Shown one piece after another: positions 48,196-57,529 of a stretch of 64,000 nt of DNA (its first letter is position 1; every line of letters starts with the position of its first letter). The DNA lies in contig CAVYNY010000016.1 in assembly GCA_963769935.1 (NCBI GenBank), forward strand, positions 224,001-288,000. The letters are read 5' to 3'. The position numbers and the translations under genes are program-made. The DNA is from an uncultured delta proteobacterium (lineage in GTDB: Bacteria; Desulfobacterota; Desulfobacteria; Desulfobacterales; JAFDCJ01). The notes beneath the pieces are model-generated. The model was given only the letters and a program-made list of their open reading frames with translations, ran no database searches and was not told where the DNA came from.

Positions 48196-48456
48196 CGAGG
48201 TGCGGGGTAAGCGGTCGCGGGGTTCGAAGTGCGCATATCGTGGTGCAGGGTACGGGTTTCAGGAGGGAATTTAGTAAGGAGAGGGTGTGCAAAGTTACAG
48301 GGACCTGGATATATACCAGCTATCTTATGAATTAGGGAGAAAAATTAACAAGTCTATCCAATACGTCGAAAAAGAATAGAAATAAGCGGGGTAGCGAGTA
48401 GCATAGCCATCGAAATGCTAAACACCGAAACGCGAAACACGCAACTCGCAACGCGA
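48196..48456. mobile_element. Palindromic element with 7-mer arms enclosing a four-helix-bundle gene remnant
   Basis: G-rich 7-mer left arm (48196-48263), complementary AACNCGH right arm (48420-48456), internal remnant ORF. Confidence 0.65.
48287..48385 (+). pseudogene. Internally deleted four-helix-bundle (23S rRNA IVP-family-like) gene
   Basis: TAAGGAG RBS, then [34 protein letters not shown]- and C-terminal family-like motifs joined directly. Confidence 0.7.
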
Positions 48457-48471
48457 AGGAGATTTTTTGAT

Positions 48472-48903
48472 ATGAACGATTGGGAACCTAAAATTGTGGC
48501 TTTTTTGTGCAACTGGTGCAGCTATGGGGCTGCCGATCTTGCCGGTGTCGGCCGAATGGAGTATCCGCCCAATATCCGGGTTATCCGGATACCGTGCACC
48601 GGCCGGATGAGCCCCAAATTCTTTCTGGCCGCCCTGCGGGAAGGTGCAGACGGCGTCTGGGTATCCGGGTGACATCCCGGTGAATGCCATTACCTGGAAG
48701 GTAATTACTACGCTCGCCGCAAATTTGCCCTGTTTAAAAATCTGATGGAACATATGGGAGTCGAACCCGACCGCCTTCAGTTTTCCTGGGTCTCTTCGGC
48801 CGAATCCACCAAGTTTGTCGCCGTCGTCAAAGATGTTACCGACGCGATTAAAGCCCTCGGACCCAATCAAACTTTTTCTAAAATAGAGGCTAAGGTTGCA
48901 TAA
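48472..48903 (+). CDS. flxD: Selenocysteine-containing MvhD/FlxD (143 aa; Sec67 at TGA 48670-48672)
   Basis: [25 protein letters not shown]...WVSSAE; SECIS-like hairpin at 48689-48705. Confidence 0.92.
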
Positions 48904-48904
48904 C

Positions 48905-49852
48905 ATGACTGGTTATATCGATAAAATAAAAGAAGTTTCGGCAAGGCTGCTGAAGGAATGCAAAGTGGATATGGTGATCGGTTTCCGCAAAGGGACCATG
49001 CCCATGATGAACGAGCCTTATTTTGCCAAAACCCAGGAGGATGTCCGGAATCTGGTATGGGACAGCAACTGCGGCATCAATCTGGCAAACTATCTGACCA
49101 ACCGGAAAGAGAAAATCGGCATCGTCGCCAAAGGATGCGATTCGCGCAATATCGTCACCCACATTATCGAGAACAAGATCAAGCGGGAGCAATTGGTCAT
49201 CATCGGCGTACCCTGCAAGGGGATGATCGACAAACGCCGAATCAATGCCATGTTTGACGGCGAAATTACCGCAGTGACCGAAGATGAAGACAATATTAAA
49301 GTCAGCGGCAACGGTTTTGAAAAGGTATTGAACAAGGCGGACGTGCTCCAGCAAAACTGCGCCCTTTGCATTCATCGCAACCCGGTCGTGCACGATGAAC
49401 TGGTCGCCGAACCGGTTGCCGAGCAGCAGGATGTCGATCGCTATGCGGATGTTCGTGAAATCGAGGCCCTGTCGGCCGAGGAAAAAGCCGGATATTTTGA
49501 TGAACTTTTCGCGCCCTGCATCCGTTGCTATGCCTGCCGCAATGCCTGTCCCCTGTGTTACTGCCCGACCTGTTTTGTAGATGAATCCCGCCCCCAGTGG
49601 GTGGGCAAAAGCCAGGATGACACCGACATTAAAACATTTCACTTTCTGAGAGCCTATCACTGTGCCGGCCGGTGTACGGATTGCGGGGCCTGCGAACGGG
49701 CCTGCCCGGTAGGCATCAACATGCGGAAGCTGACCAAAAAGCTGGAAAAAGACTGCTTCGAGCTTTTCAACTGGGAAGCGGGCCTGTCGCTGGAGGTGCG
49801 CCCGCCGCTGGATACCTACAAACCGGATGATCCGGATGAATTTATAAAGTAA
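48905..49852 (+). CDS. flxC: FlxC [4Fe-4S] subunit
   Basis: KGCDSR, CIRCYACRNACPLCYC and CTDCGACERACP; order flxD-C-B-A. Confidence 0.85.
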   Translation: MTGYIDKIKEVSARLLKECKVDMVIGFRKGTMPMMNEPYFAKTQEDVRNLVWDSNCGINLANYLTNRKEKIGIVAKGCDSRNIVTHIIENKIKREQLVIIGVPCKGMIDKRRINAMFDGEITAVTEDEDNIKVSGNGFEKVLNKADVLQQNCALCIHRNPVVHDELVAEPVAEQQDVDRYADVREIEALSAEEKAGYFDELFAPCIRCYACRNACPLCYCPTCFVDESRPQWVGKSQDDTDIKTFHFLRAYHCAGRCTDCGACERACPVGINMRKLTKKLEKDCFELFNWEAGLSLEVRPPLDTYKPDDPDEFIK

Positions 49853-49854
49853 TT

Positions 49855-49944
49855 AGCGTTTCGTTTTTTGTGTTTAGTGCTTGGCAGAGCACTATGACGG
49901 CAATTTCTGCAGAAACAAAACACCAAACACGAAATACCAAACAC
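49855..49944. repeat. Palindromic element with 7-mer arms (GTGTTTN / NAAACAC)
   Basis: Complementary tandem arms between flxC and flxB. Confidence 0.7.
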
Positions 49945-49963
49945 TTCCAAAAAGGTTGGAAAA

Positions 49964-51031
49964 ATGAAGATCATACAAATTGATAAAAAGAGATGGGCCG
50001 AAGGCCTCGCCAAGGCAGCGAAATCCTACCGCCTGTTCGGGCCGGTCAAGGAAAACGGGCTTCATAATTTCAAAGAGCTCGCCCCGGGCCAGGCGCCGGA
50101 ATTCGATTGCCTGAACACCCGTCTTTCAGCCAAATCGATTATTTATCCCCAGTCGGAGGCCCTGCTGGAATACACCCTGGATGAATCCCGCGCAGACCAC
50201 CACATTATGAAAGAAGTCGACAGCGACGATTCACCCCGAGCGGTATTCGGCATCCGCCCCTGTGATGCCAAAGCCTTTTTGCTGGTCGGTCATAACTTCG
50301 ACACGTCCGATTACAAAGATCCCTACTGGATCAGAGCCTATGAAGCCACCACTCTCTTGGGTCTGGCCTGTGATGAACCCTGCCGCAGCTGCTTTTGCAC
50401 CACCGCCGGCTGCGGACCGTATCATGAAGCGGGGCTGGATGTGCTGCTGGCGGATGCGGGTGATCACTATCTGGCCAAAGTTCTCACGGACAAAGGCGAA
50501 AAATTGATGGCCGCCGCCGGCTGGCATACCGCGGCCGACGCTGATACCGCCGGCCGGCAGCTGGAAAATAAAAAGCAGCAGGCTGAGGCGAAAATTACGG
50601 CTTTTGTGAATGTGGACAGCCTCAAGACAACCGACACGACAGCACTGTACAATGCGCCTTTCTGGGAAGATGTGTCGTTCTCGTGCATAAATTGCGGCAC
50701 CTGCACCTTTGTGTGTCCGACCTGCTGGTGTTTTGACATCCAGGACGAAAACCGCGGAAAGTCCGGCAAGCGCATGCGCAACTGGGACAGCTGCATGTTC
50801 CCGCTGTTTACCCTGCATGGTTCCGGACACAATCCCCGGGGCACCAAACTGCAGCGCGTTCGCCAGCGCTTCATGCACAAATTAAAATATTATGTCGACA
50901 AGTATGATGTCGGAATTCAATGTGTCGGGTGCGGCCGCTGCGTTCGATCCTGTCCCGTCAATATCGATATCCGCCGGGTCTGTGAATTAATGAACAGCTT
51001 CGCTTCCGCAGAGAACACCTGCGAAGTTTAA
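49964..51031 (+). CDS. flxB: FlxB (AsrA-like) [4Fe-4S] subunit
   Basis: RPCD, CINCGTCTFVCPTCWC, RNWDSC and CVGCGRCVRSCP motifs. Confidence 0.88.
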   Translation: MKIIQIDKKRWAEGLAKAAKSYRLFGPVKENGLHNFKELAPGQAPEFDCLNTRLSAKSIIYPQSEALLEYTLDESRADHHIMKEVDSDDSPRAVFGIRPCDAKAFLLVGHNFDTSDYKDPYWIRAYEATTLLGLACDEPCRSCFCTTAGCGPYHEAGLDVLLADAGDHYLAKVLTDKGEKLMAAAGWHTAADADTAGRQLENKKQQAEAKITAFVNVDSLKTTDTTALYNAPFWEDVSFSCINCGTCTFVCPTCWCFDIQDENRGKSGKRMRNWDSCMFPLFTLHGSGHNPRGTKLQRVRQRFMHKLKYYVDKYDVGIQCVGCGRCVRSCPVNIDIRRVCELMNSFASAENTCEV

Positions 51032-51034
51032 AGG

Positions 51035-51160
51035 ATTGAATATTTTAAATTGAATATTGAATATTTAAGGAATTCTTTCAACTTTTATAGGGTTTCTCAA
51101 GAATGACGGAGCGAAGCGGCTTCTACAAATATTCAATTTTCAATATTCATTCTTCAATTT
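51035..51160. repeat. Palindromic element with ATTGAAT/ATTCAAT 7-mer arms
   Basis: Complementary arms between flxB and flxA; related to 39570-39672. Confidence 0.75.
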
Positions 51161-51175
51161 AATTGGGGGGTTAAC

Positions 51176-52021
51176 GTGCAAAATCCATATCTACCCTATC
51201 CGGTCCGCATCGATGATATCATCATCGAAACCGAAGATAAAAATTTAAAAACTTTCAAATTTGTCTTTCTGAATTCAGACGACGAGAATAAATTTGACTA
51301 CAAAGCCGGTCAATTTGCAGAGCTTTCCGTAACCGGCAAGGGCGAAATACCCATCGGCATCGCATCTTCTCCTACCGAAAAAGGCTTTGTCAAGTTTACC
51401 ATCAACAAGGTCGGGCTGGTATCCTCCTGTCTGCACACCATGAAAGCCGGAGATGTCATGGGAATCCGCGGTCCCCTGGGCAACTGCTACCCATGGGATA
51501 CGCTTGAGGGTAAAAACATAGTGATCATCGGCGGCGGTTTCGCCTTTACCACCCTGCGATCTTCCATCATCTTTATGCTGGATCCCGCCAATCGATCGAA
51601 ATTCAAGGATATTCATGTAATTTACGGCGCCCGGACGCCCGGCATGCTCCTATACCGCAATGAGCTGGCTGAATGGGAAAAGCGCGATGACATCAACATG
51701 CATATCACCGTGGATGGAACGGACGATCCCAATTGGAAATACAACACCGGGTTCGTACCGACCATTACCGAACAGAAAGCGCCTCCGGCAGATGAAGATA
51801 CCTATGCGATTATATGCGGACCGCCCATTATGATAAAATTTACCCAGCCGGTTTTGGATAAGCTCGGCTATTCCCATGACAAGATTATCATGTCCCTTGA
51901 AAACCGCATGAAATGCGGTATCGGCATGTGCGGCCGATGCAATATCGGGCAGGAATTTGTCTGCAAGGACGGTCCGGTTTTCACCCTCGAACAGTTGAAC
52001 AAAACACCAAAGGAATACTAA
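51176..52021 (+). CDS. flxA: FlxA FAD/NAD(P)-binding [2Fe-2S] subunit
   Basis: GQF, RGPLG, GGG, CGPPIM and MKCGIGMCGRC..CKDGPVF motifs. Confidence 0.9.
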   Translation: MQNPYLPYPVRIDDIIIETEDKNLKTFKFVFLNSDDENKFDYKAGQFAELSVTGKGEIPIGIASSPTEKGFVKFTINKVGLVSSCLHTMKAGDVMGIRGPLGNCYPWDTLEGKNIVIIGGGFAFTTLRSSIIFMLDPANRSKFKDIHVIYGARTPGMLLYRNELAEWEKRDDINMHITVDGTDDPNWKYNTGFVPTITEQKAPPADEDTYAIICGPPIMIKFTQPVLDKLGYSHDKIIMSLENRMKCGIGMCGRCNIGQEFVCKDGPVFTLEQLNKTPKEY

Positions 52022-52050
52022 ATTCCTGAATTAAAGGTCATATTTTCATG

Positions 52051-52079
52051 TTGACATACATACTTCATTGGGCTAAATA
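52051..52079 (+). promoter_or_regulatory. Possible sigma70 promoter for dsrC
   Basis: TTGACA-N17-TAAATA. Confidence 0.45.
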
Positions 52080-52172
52080 AGACCTTTTGATAAAGGTTTA
52101 AAATATTACACAAAGGATATTCCAAGGCTGAGGCCGCAAAAAAGCAAAATAAATTAAAGGAGGTAAGATTAA

Positions 52173-52490
52173 ATGCCAACAGCAGAGTTCATGGGTAAAA
52201 CATTCACGATCGACGAAGACGGTTTTATTGATTCCTACGAAAACTGGAGTCAGGAATGGGTACAGTTCGTAAAAAAGGAAGAAGGCATTGACGAACTCAA
52301 TGACGAACACCAGAAAGTTATCGCCGTCCTGCGTGATTATTACGAGAAAAACGGCATTGCACCGATGGTACGGGTTCTCTCAAAGGTTACCGGTTTTAAA
52401 CTGAAACACATTTATGAGCTTTTCCCGTCCGGGCCCGGTAAAGGAGCCTGTAAAATGGCGGGACTCCCGAAACCAACGGGTTGTGTCTAA
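52173..52490 (+). CDS. dsrC: DsrC sulfur-carrier protein
   Basis: DEDGF, APMVR, LFPSGPGKGACKMAGLPKPTGCV with both conserved Cys (C-X10-C). Confidence 0.96.
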   Translation: MPTAEFMGKTFTIDEDGFIDSYENWSQEWVQFVKKEEGIDELNDEHQKVIAVLRDYYEKNGIAPMVRVLSKVTGFKLKHIYELFPSGPGKGACKMAGLPKPTGCV

Positions 52491-52523
52491 TCGATCGACT
52501 GTGACCAAAAATTCTGTCCGGAT

Positions 52524-52559
52524 AAAGGGCTCTGCTTGACAGGCAGAGCCTTTTTTTTT
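52524..52559 (+). terminator. Rho-independent terminator after dsrC
   Basis: GGCTCTGC..GCAGAGCC stem followed by T9. Confidence 0.9.
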
Positions 52560-52578
52560 GCATTGCAGGGAGACCGCC

Positions 52579-52980
52579 ATGATTCTTTCAGTTAAAACTC
52601 GAGAAAGAACCGAATTAGTTGATGTCACATCGGATATAAACCAATTAATACAGAAATCGGGCATCGATCAGGGCCTTTGCATGCTTTATGTGCCGCACAC
52701 GACGGCAGCGGTTACCATCAATGAGAGCGCGGATCCCAGTGTCAAGTCCGACATGCTGATGATCTTAAACAAGATAATTCCATGGGAAGCAGATTATCGG
52801 CATCTGGAAGGCAATTCCGCCGCCCACATTAAATCGACCCTGGTAGGGCCATCAGAACTGGTTGCAATCGAAAATCGCAAACTGGTGTTAGGAACCTGGC
52901 AGGGAATCTTTTTCTGTGAATTTGACGGACCGCGCAACAGAAAATTGCATGTTAAGATATCTAAGCAAAACTTCCTTTAA
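52579..52980 (+). CDS. yjbQ: YjbQ/UPF0047 family protein
   Basis: HTTAAVTINE, NSAAHIKS and LGTWQGIFFCEFDG motifs. Confidence 0.9.
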   Translation: MILSVKTRERTELVDVTSDINQLIQKSGIDQGLCMLYVPHTTAAVTINESADPSVKSDMLMILNKIIPWEADYRHLEGNSAAHIKSTLVGPSELVAIENRKLVLGTWQGIFFCEFDGPRNRKLHVKISKQNFL

Positions 52981-52989
52981 GGATTCACC

Positions 52990-53451
52990 ATGCCGGATCT
53001 TCTAGACGACATCGATAAGACCATTATAAACCGAATCCAATCGAATTTCCCGATCACGTCGCGTCCGTATCTCACGCTGGCCGATGAAATGGACCTGACC
53101 GAGAAAGAGGTTTTGGATCGTGTTGGGCGGCTAAAAAAGGCCGGCATTATACGGCGTATCGGCGGAAACTTCGTACCCGCCAAACTGGGGTTTGTGAGCA
53201 CATTGTGTGCGGCCAAAGTTCCTCCCGATAAGGTTACGGATTTTGCGGCAGCCGTCAACCGCTATCCCGGAGTCACCCACAATTATCAGCGCGACAATGA
53301 ATATAATGTCTGGTTCACCTTTATTTCCCCATCGGTGGATGAAATTGAGGCGAATCTGAAAAAAATAGCCGAAGATACCGGTGTCAAAGATATCCTCAAT
53401 CTACCGGCCACGAAGGTGTTTAAGATCAAGGCGCAATTTGATGTATCATGA
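52990..53451 (+). CDS. ahbA: Siroheme decarboxylase subunit alpha
   Basis: IQSNFPITSRPY, IIRRIG and VTHNYQR..YNVWFT motifs. Confidence 0.85.
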   Translation: MPDLLDDIDKTIINRIQSNFPITSRPYLTLADEMDLTEKEVLDRVGRLKKAGIIRRIGGNFVPAKLGFVSTLCAAKVPPDKVTDFAAAVNRYPGVTHNYQRDNEYNVWFTFISPSVDEIEANLKKIAEDTGVKDILNLPATKVFKIKAQFDVS

Positions 53452-54254
53452 AAGACATTCGCATCGCGGCCGTTATTTTCAATTCGATTGTCAACCAGCC
53501 CGAAAATAACCTGGCAAGGATGGCTCACTGGATCAAACAGGCCCAAAATCATGGTGCCCGGCTGATCTGTTTTCCCGAGTTGTCCGTCACCGGCTACAGT
53601 ACCCGGCCGGAAATAAAGGCTTCCGCGGAACCGCTTCCCGGTCCCATCAGCCGGTGTCTTCAGAAAATGGCCCAGGACCATCAGCTGGTGATCCTGGCCG
53701 GTATGGCTGAAAGGGATGAAAAAGACCGCATCTTTGCCAGCCACCTGGTGGTAACACCACAAAAAATTTCAGGTGTCTATCGCAAAATTCACATTGCGCC
53801 GCCGGAGCGTTGCATTTTCTCGCCCGGCGATACGGTACCCCTATTTGAGACGGCCGGCATTAGACTGGGCATTCAACTTTGCTACGATGCCCATTTTCCG
53901 GAACTTTCTACCCGCATGGCCCTCGGCGGTGCGGACGTCATTTTCATGCCCCACGCCTCTCCACGAGGAACACCCCAGGAAAAATTCAATTCCTGGATGC
54001 GTCATCTGACAGCCAGAGCGTTTGACAACGGGGTGTTCATCGTGGCCTGCAACCAGGCCGGCAAAAATCAAAAAGGGCTTGAGTTCCCCGGGCTGGCAGT
54101 GGTTATCGGGCCGTCAGGCAATATCTTGCAAGATAAAACCACCGACCGGGAAGGCATGCTGATAGCGGACTTGAAAGCCGATGATCTGTCGGATGTCAGG
54201 GACCACAAAATGCGGTATTTCCTGCCTAACAGGCGACCGGAACTGTATGAATAG
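53448..54254 (+). CDS. Nitrilase-family carbon-nitrogen hydrolase
   Basis: E-K-C triad: FPEL, YRKIH, LCYD. Confidence 0.9.
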   Translation: MKDIRIAAVIFNSIVNQPENNLARMAHWIKQAQNHGARLICFPELSVTGYSTRPEIKASAEPLPGPISRCLQKMAQDHQLVILAGMAERDEKDRIFASHLVVTPQKISGVYRKIHIAPPERCIFSPGDTVPLFETAGIRLGIQLCYDAHFPELSTRMALGGADVIFMPHASPRGTPQEKFNSWMRHLTARAFDNGVFIVACNQAGKNQKGLEFPGLAVVIGPSGNILQDKTTDREGMLIADLKADDLSDVRDHKMRYFLPNRRPELYE

Positions 54255-54267
54255 CATGCCCGGTCCG

Positions 54268-57200
54268 TCATGCCTCAGGGAGTTTAACCCGAAAAAGGAT
54301 GCTGTAAAGTGCCGGTACATAGTTTAGCGTAAACATGCTGCCGATGCCCAGACCGAAGAACATGATGGATGCCATGCCGTAAAAAAGCGGATCATGATTG
54401 ATGATCAGCGGCAAAAATCCCAGCATGGTGGTTGAAACCGAAAGCAGGATCGGTCTGAAACGACTGACGGCCGAGTTGATAACCGCATCATAAGGCGTCT
54501 GCCCGTCGCGCCGGTTCTCCTCAATTTTATCGATCATCACTATGCCGTTGTTTACAATGGATCCGGCCAGGGCCAGAAGTCCCAGGATGACCATAAACCC
54601 GAAATCGGCCCGCATTACCAGCAGACCGACTACGGATCCGACAACGACCAGCGGCATGGTCAGGATAATGATGGCGGCCCGCCGGATGGAGTTAAACTGC
54701 CATACCAGCAGAAATACAATGCCGCCAAAACATGGCAGCAGCCATTTCGCCAGGTTTTTCTGGGCCCTGGCGGAATCTTCCAGTTCGCCCCCGACTTCCC
54801 AATGGTGGTTTTTCGGAAATTCCATCCCGGCCAGGGTCGGCTTGAGGCCGGCGAAGATCTCGGAAGCCTTCAGCACCTGGTTTTTGGCGCTGACGGTTAT
54901 GGTGCGCTCCTGATTGTAGCGCACGATGCGGTTCAGCTCGCCGATGGTGTACACATCGGCCACCTGGTTGAGCGGCACGCTGTCGCCGGATGACGAACGG
55001 ATGCCGAGCGTGCGCAGGCTGTCGGGAGAATCCCTTTCAGCCTTGACGCCGCGCCCGACGATCGGGATCTGAACATTGCCCTGATGGTAATTGGTAGTCG
55101 TGACACCGTCGATAAAGAAATCCAGGGTATTGGCGACACCCTCCGATGTCACCCCGGCGCGGCGGGCGCGGGCCTGATCGACGTCCGCCATGGCCGTAAA
55201 CACCCGGTTGTTCCAATCCTGTTTAATATCGATGGTGCCGGGGATCTTGCGGAGCGCGGCCATCAACTGCTCGGCCTGCTCCAGCAGCACATCCGTTTCG
55301 GGGCCACTGAGCCGAATTTGCATCAGGCCGGTTTCGCTGCCGCCAAGCCACATGGACTTAACCCTGCCGCGCACATTGGGAAAATTATTCAGCACATATT
55401 GGCTCGTACGCGAAACAAGTTCAGGCACCTGCTTGTTGGTCTCGGTATTGACGATTAAAAATCCGACGAACGGGTCCGGGTCCACCGGTGCCAGGGACAG
55501 GAAAAAACGCGGTCCGCCGTTTCCCACATAGGCAATGGTTCCGGTGATTTCCGGGTTTTCCTTTTTGTCCTGCAGCCAGGCGCTGAGTTCCCGCACGGTC
55601 CGGTCGGTCTCCTCGATGCGCGTGCCGGCGGGGAGGTCGAGATAAATCAGATACTGGTTTCGGTCCCCGCTCGGAAAAAAGGCCTGGGGTATGAACGTGG
55701 CCGCATATAGTGCCACGGCAAATATGCCGCCCGTCACGGCCAGCACCAGAAACCGAAAGCGCAGGGACAATTCCAGCACCCGACGATAGAGTCGATAAAA
55801 TTTCCCCTGGTAGGGATCGCCCGCCTGTTTTTTAGCGCCGCCGGCAGCCGGTTTAACCTTTAAAAACCAGTAGCACATGCTGGTGGAGGAAAACATGGAA
55901 AAAAACCACGATGCCATGAGCAAAATAATCATCACCGAACCCAGCGAGGAGGTGTAGTCCCCCGTTGTACCGATTTGCAGCAGAATCGGTCCAAAGGCAA
56001 AAACAGTCGTCAGCGTGCTGGTGAGCAGGGGAATCGATAAGGAGCTGCCGGATTTTAAAACGGCGTCCTTGCGTGCCATGCCCGATTCCAGATTCACTTT
56101 TATGTCATCAGATACCACAATGGCGTTGTCCACGAACATACCCAAGGCAATAATCATCGTGGCCAGCGACATCCGTTCCAAATCAATCCCCAGGGCGTAC
56201 ATCATCAAAACACCGAAAAGCATGACCAGGGGGATGAATGAGCCCACAATCAAACCGGTTCTGAGCCCCAGCAGCAGCATGACCACCACCAGGACGATGA
56301 CCACACTTTCGATCACATTGACCACCATGCCGTTGACGGATTTTTTAATGAGTTCGGGCTGGTAGGTGGCAAATTGGAGCACATAGCCCCAAGGCAGGGA
56401 CTGCTCGATTTCTTTGACTTCTTTCTGCAGCCGCTCGCCGAATTCAACCGCATCGACCCCTCGAAGGATAAAGACACTTATAACAATGGCCTGATGGCCG
56501 TTGTAGTAGGCCGGGTTGTGGATCGGCTCCACGTAGCCTCTTCTGATAGCTGCGATGTCGCGCAGCGGAATCGTGGCCTGGGTGCCGGAAATCGGGATCG
56601 GGACATCTTCGATCTCCTCCAGAGACCTGAACCGGCCCTGGGTTTCCACGATGATTTCTACTTCGTTGACGTCTATTGTGCCGCCGGGCAGAAGAATGTT
56701 CTGCTGCTGCAGACTCTTCCCGATATCGGCGGGATCGATTCCCAGCTGTGCAATCTTGGCGTTTGACACCTCGAGATAGATGCGCTCATCCTGCACACCG
56801 GTGAGATCGACCTTCTGGATGCCCTTCAGCAGGTTGAGGCGCTCTCGGATTTGACGGGCGGTTTCATGCATTTCCCCCATACTGAATCCATCGCTCCACA
56901 GCGCGATGGTAGCCACCGATGTATCTCCGAAAGTATCGTTGACCATCGGCCCGATGGTGCCTTCAGGAAGTTCGGATTTGACATCATTCATCCGGTTGCG
57001 CAGCAGTTTCCACGTTGCCGGAAGCTGTTCCGAGGGCACTTCATCTTTGATGGTCACATGGATCAGGGATTCGCCGACTTTGGAGGTGGAGTCCTTGATC
57101 TTATCTATTTCGCCCATGCTCCGGATTTCTTCTTCGATGGGCCGGGTAATCAGACGTTCGACCTGCTCCACCGGCATGCCGGGATATTTGGCCGCCACCA

Positions 57201-57339
57201 CCGCTTCGCGAATCGTAATGAGGGGATCTTCCAGTTTCGGAAGCTTCAAAAATGCAAAGATGCCGCCGACAATTACCAGCAACAGGGTCATGACGACGGT
57301 TCGCGAATTATTCAGCGCAAATGCGGTGATCCCTTTCAC
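54268..57339 (-). CDS. RND efflux permease
   Basis: 1023 aa; GMFVDNAIVV, NNGIVMID and SRFRPI motifs. Confidence 0.95.
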   Translation of the reverse strand: MKGITAFALNNSRTVVMTLLLVIVGGIFAFLKLPKLEDPLITIREAVVAAKYPGMPVEQVERLITRPIEEEIRSMGEIDKIKDSTSKVGESLIHVTIKDEVPSEQLPATWKLLRNRMNDVKSELPEGTIGPMVNDTFGDTSVATIALWSDGFSMGEMHETARQIRERLNLLKGIQKVDLTGVQDERIYLEVSNAKIAQLGIDPADIGKSLQQQNILLPGGTIDVNEVEIIVETQGRFRSLEEIEDVPIPISGTQATIPLRDIAAIRRGYVEPIHNPAYYNGHQAIVISVFILRGVDAVEFGERLQKEVKEIEQSLPWGYVLQFATYQPELIKKSVNGMVVNVIESVVIVLVVVMLLLGLRTGLIVGSFIPLVMLFGVLMMYALGIDLERMSLATMIIALGMFVDNAIVVSDDIKVNLESGMARKDAVLKSGSSLSIPLLTSTLTTVFAFGPILLQIGTTGDYTSSLGSVMIILLMASWFFSMFSSTSMCYWFLKVKPAAGGAKKQAGDPYQGKFYRLYRRVLELSLRFRFLVLAVTGGIFAVALYAATFIPQAFFPSGDRNQYLIYLDLPAGTRIEETDRTVRELSAWLQDKKENPEITGTIAYVGNGGPRFFLSLAPVDPDPFVGFLIVNTETNKQVPELVSRTSQYVLNNFPNVRGRVKSMWLGGSETGLMQIRLSGPETDVLLEQAEQLMAALRKIPGTIDIKQDWNNRVFTAMADVDQARARRAGVTSEGVANTLDFFIDGVTTTNYHQGNVQIPIVGRGVKAERDSPDSLRTLGIRSSSGDSVPLNQVADVYTIGELNRIVRYNQERTITVSAKNQVLKASEIFAGLKPTLAGMEFPKNHHWEVGGELEDSARAQKNLAKWLLPCFGGIVFLLVWQFNSIRRAAIIILTMPLVVVGSVVGLLVMRADFGFMVILGLLALAGSIVNNGIVMIDKIEENRRDGQTPYDAVINSAVSRFRPILLSVSTTMLGFLPLIINHDPLFYGMASIMFFGLGIGSMFTLNYVPALYSILFRVKLPEA

Positions 57340-57383
57340 TTTGAGTCCCTTCTACTCCTGTGATTTGGAATATTATGAAACCT

Positions 57384-57526
57384 TTCAGAGGTTCCGGGTT
57401 CAGGACAAAAAAGACATTATTCCAGGATTGAGGCAAATAAGCATGCCAGATGCAGTCCAACGGATGAAAGTTGAACCTTGAACCACTTAACCCTTTAACC
57501 CCTGAACCTTTGAACCTTGAACGCCT
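57384..57526. repeat. Palindromic element with GGTTCA / TGAACCYT-like arms
   Basis: Short left arm and about seven 7-8-mer units in the right arm, inside the RND operon. Confidence 0.7.
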
Positions 57527-57529
57527 ACA

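Noticed and set aside
48196..48456. Diversity-generating retroelement
   Set aside because: Only an Avd-fold-like remnant; no reverse transcriptase or TR/VR pair seen in the window.
48415..48672. 85-aa truncated mvhD
   Set aside because: Its N-terminal extension is repeat-derived and its stop is best read as Sec.
42028..52021. Class II benzoyl-CoA reductase, hydrogenase or complex I
   Set aside because: No BamB/AOR subunit, no H-cluster or NiFe subunit, and no membrane Nuo genes.
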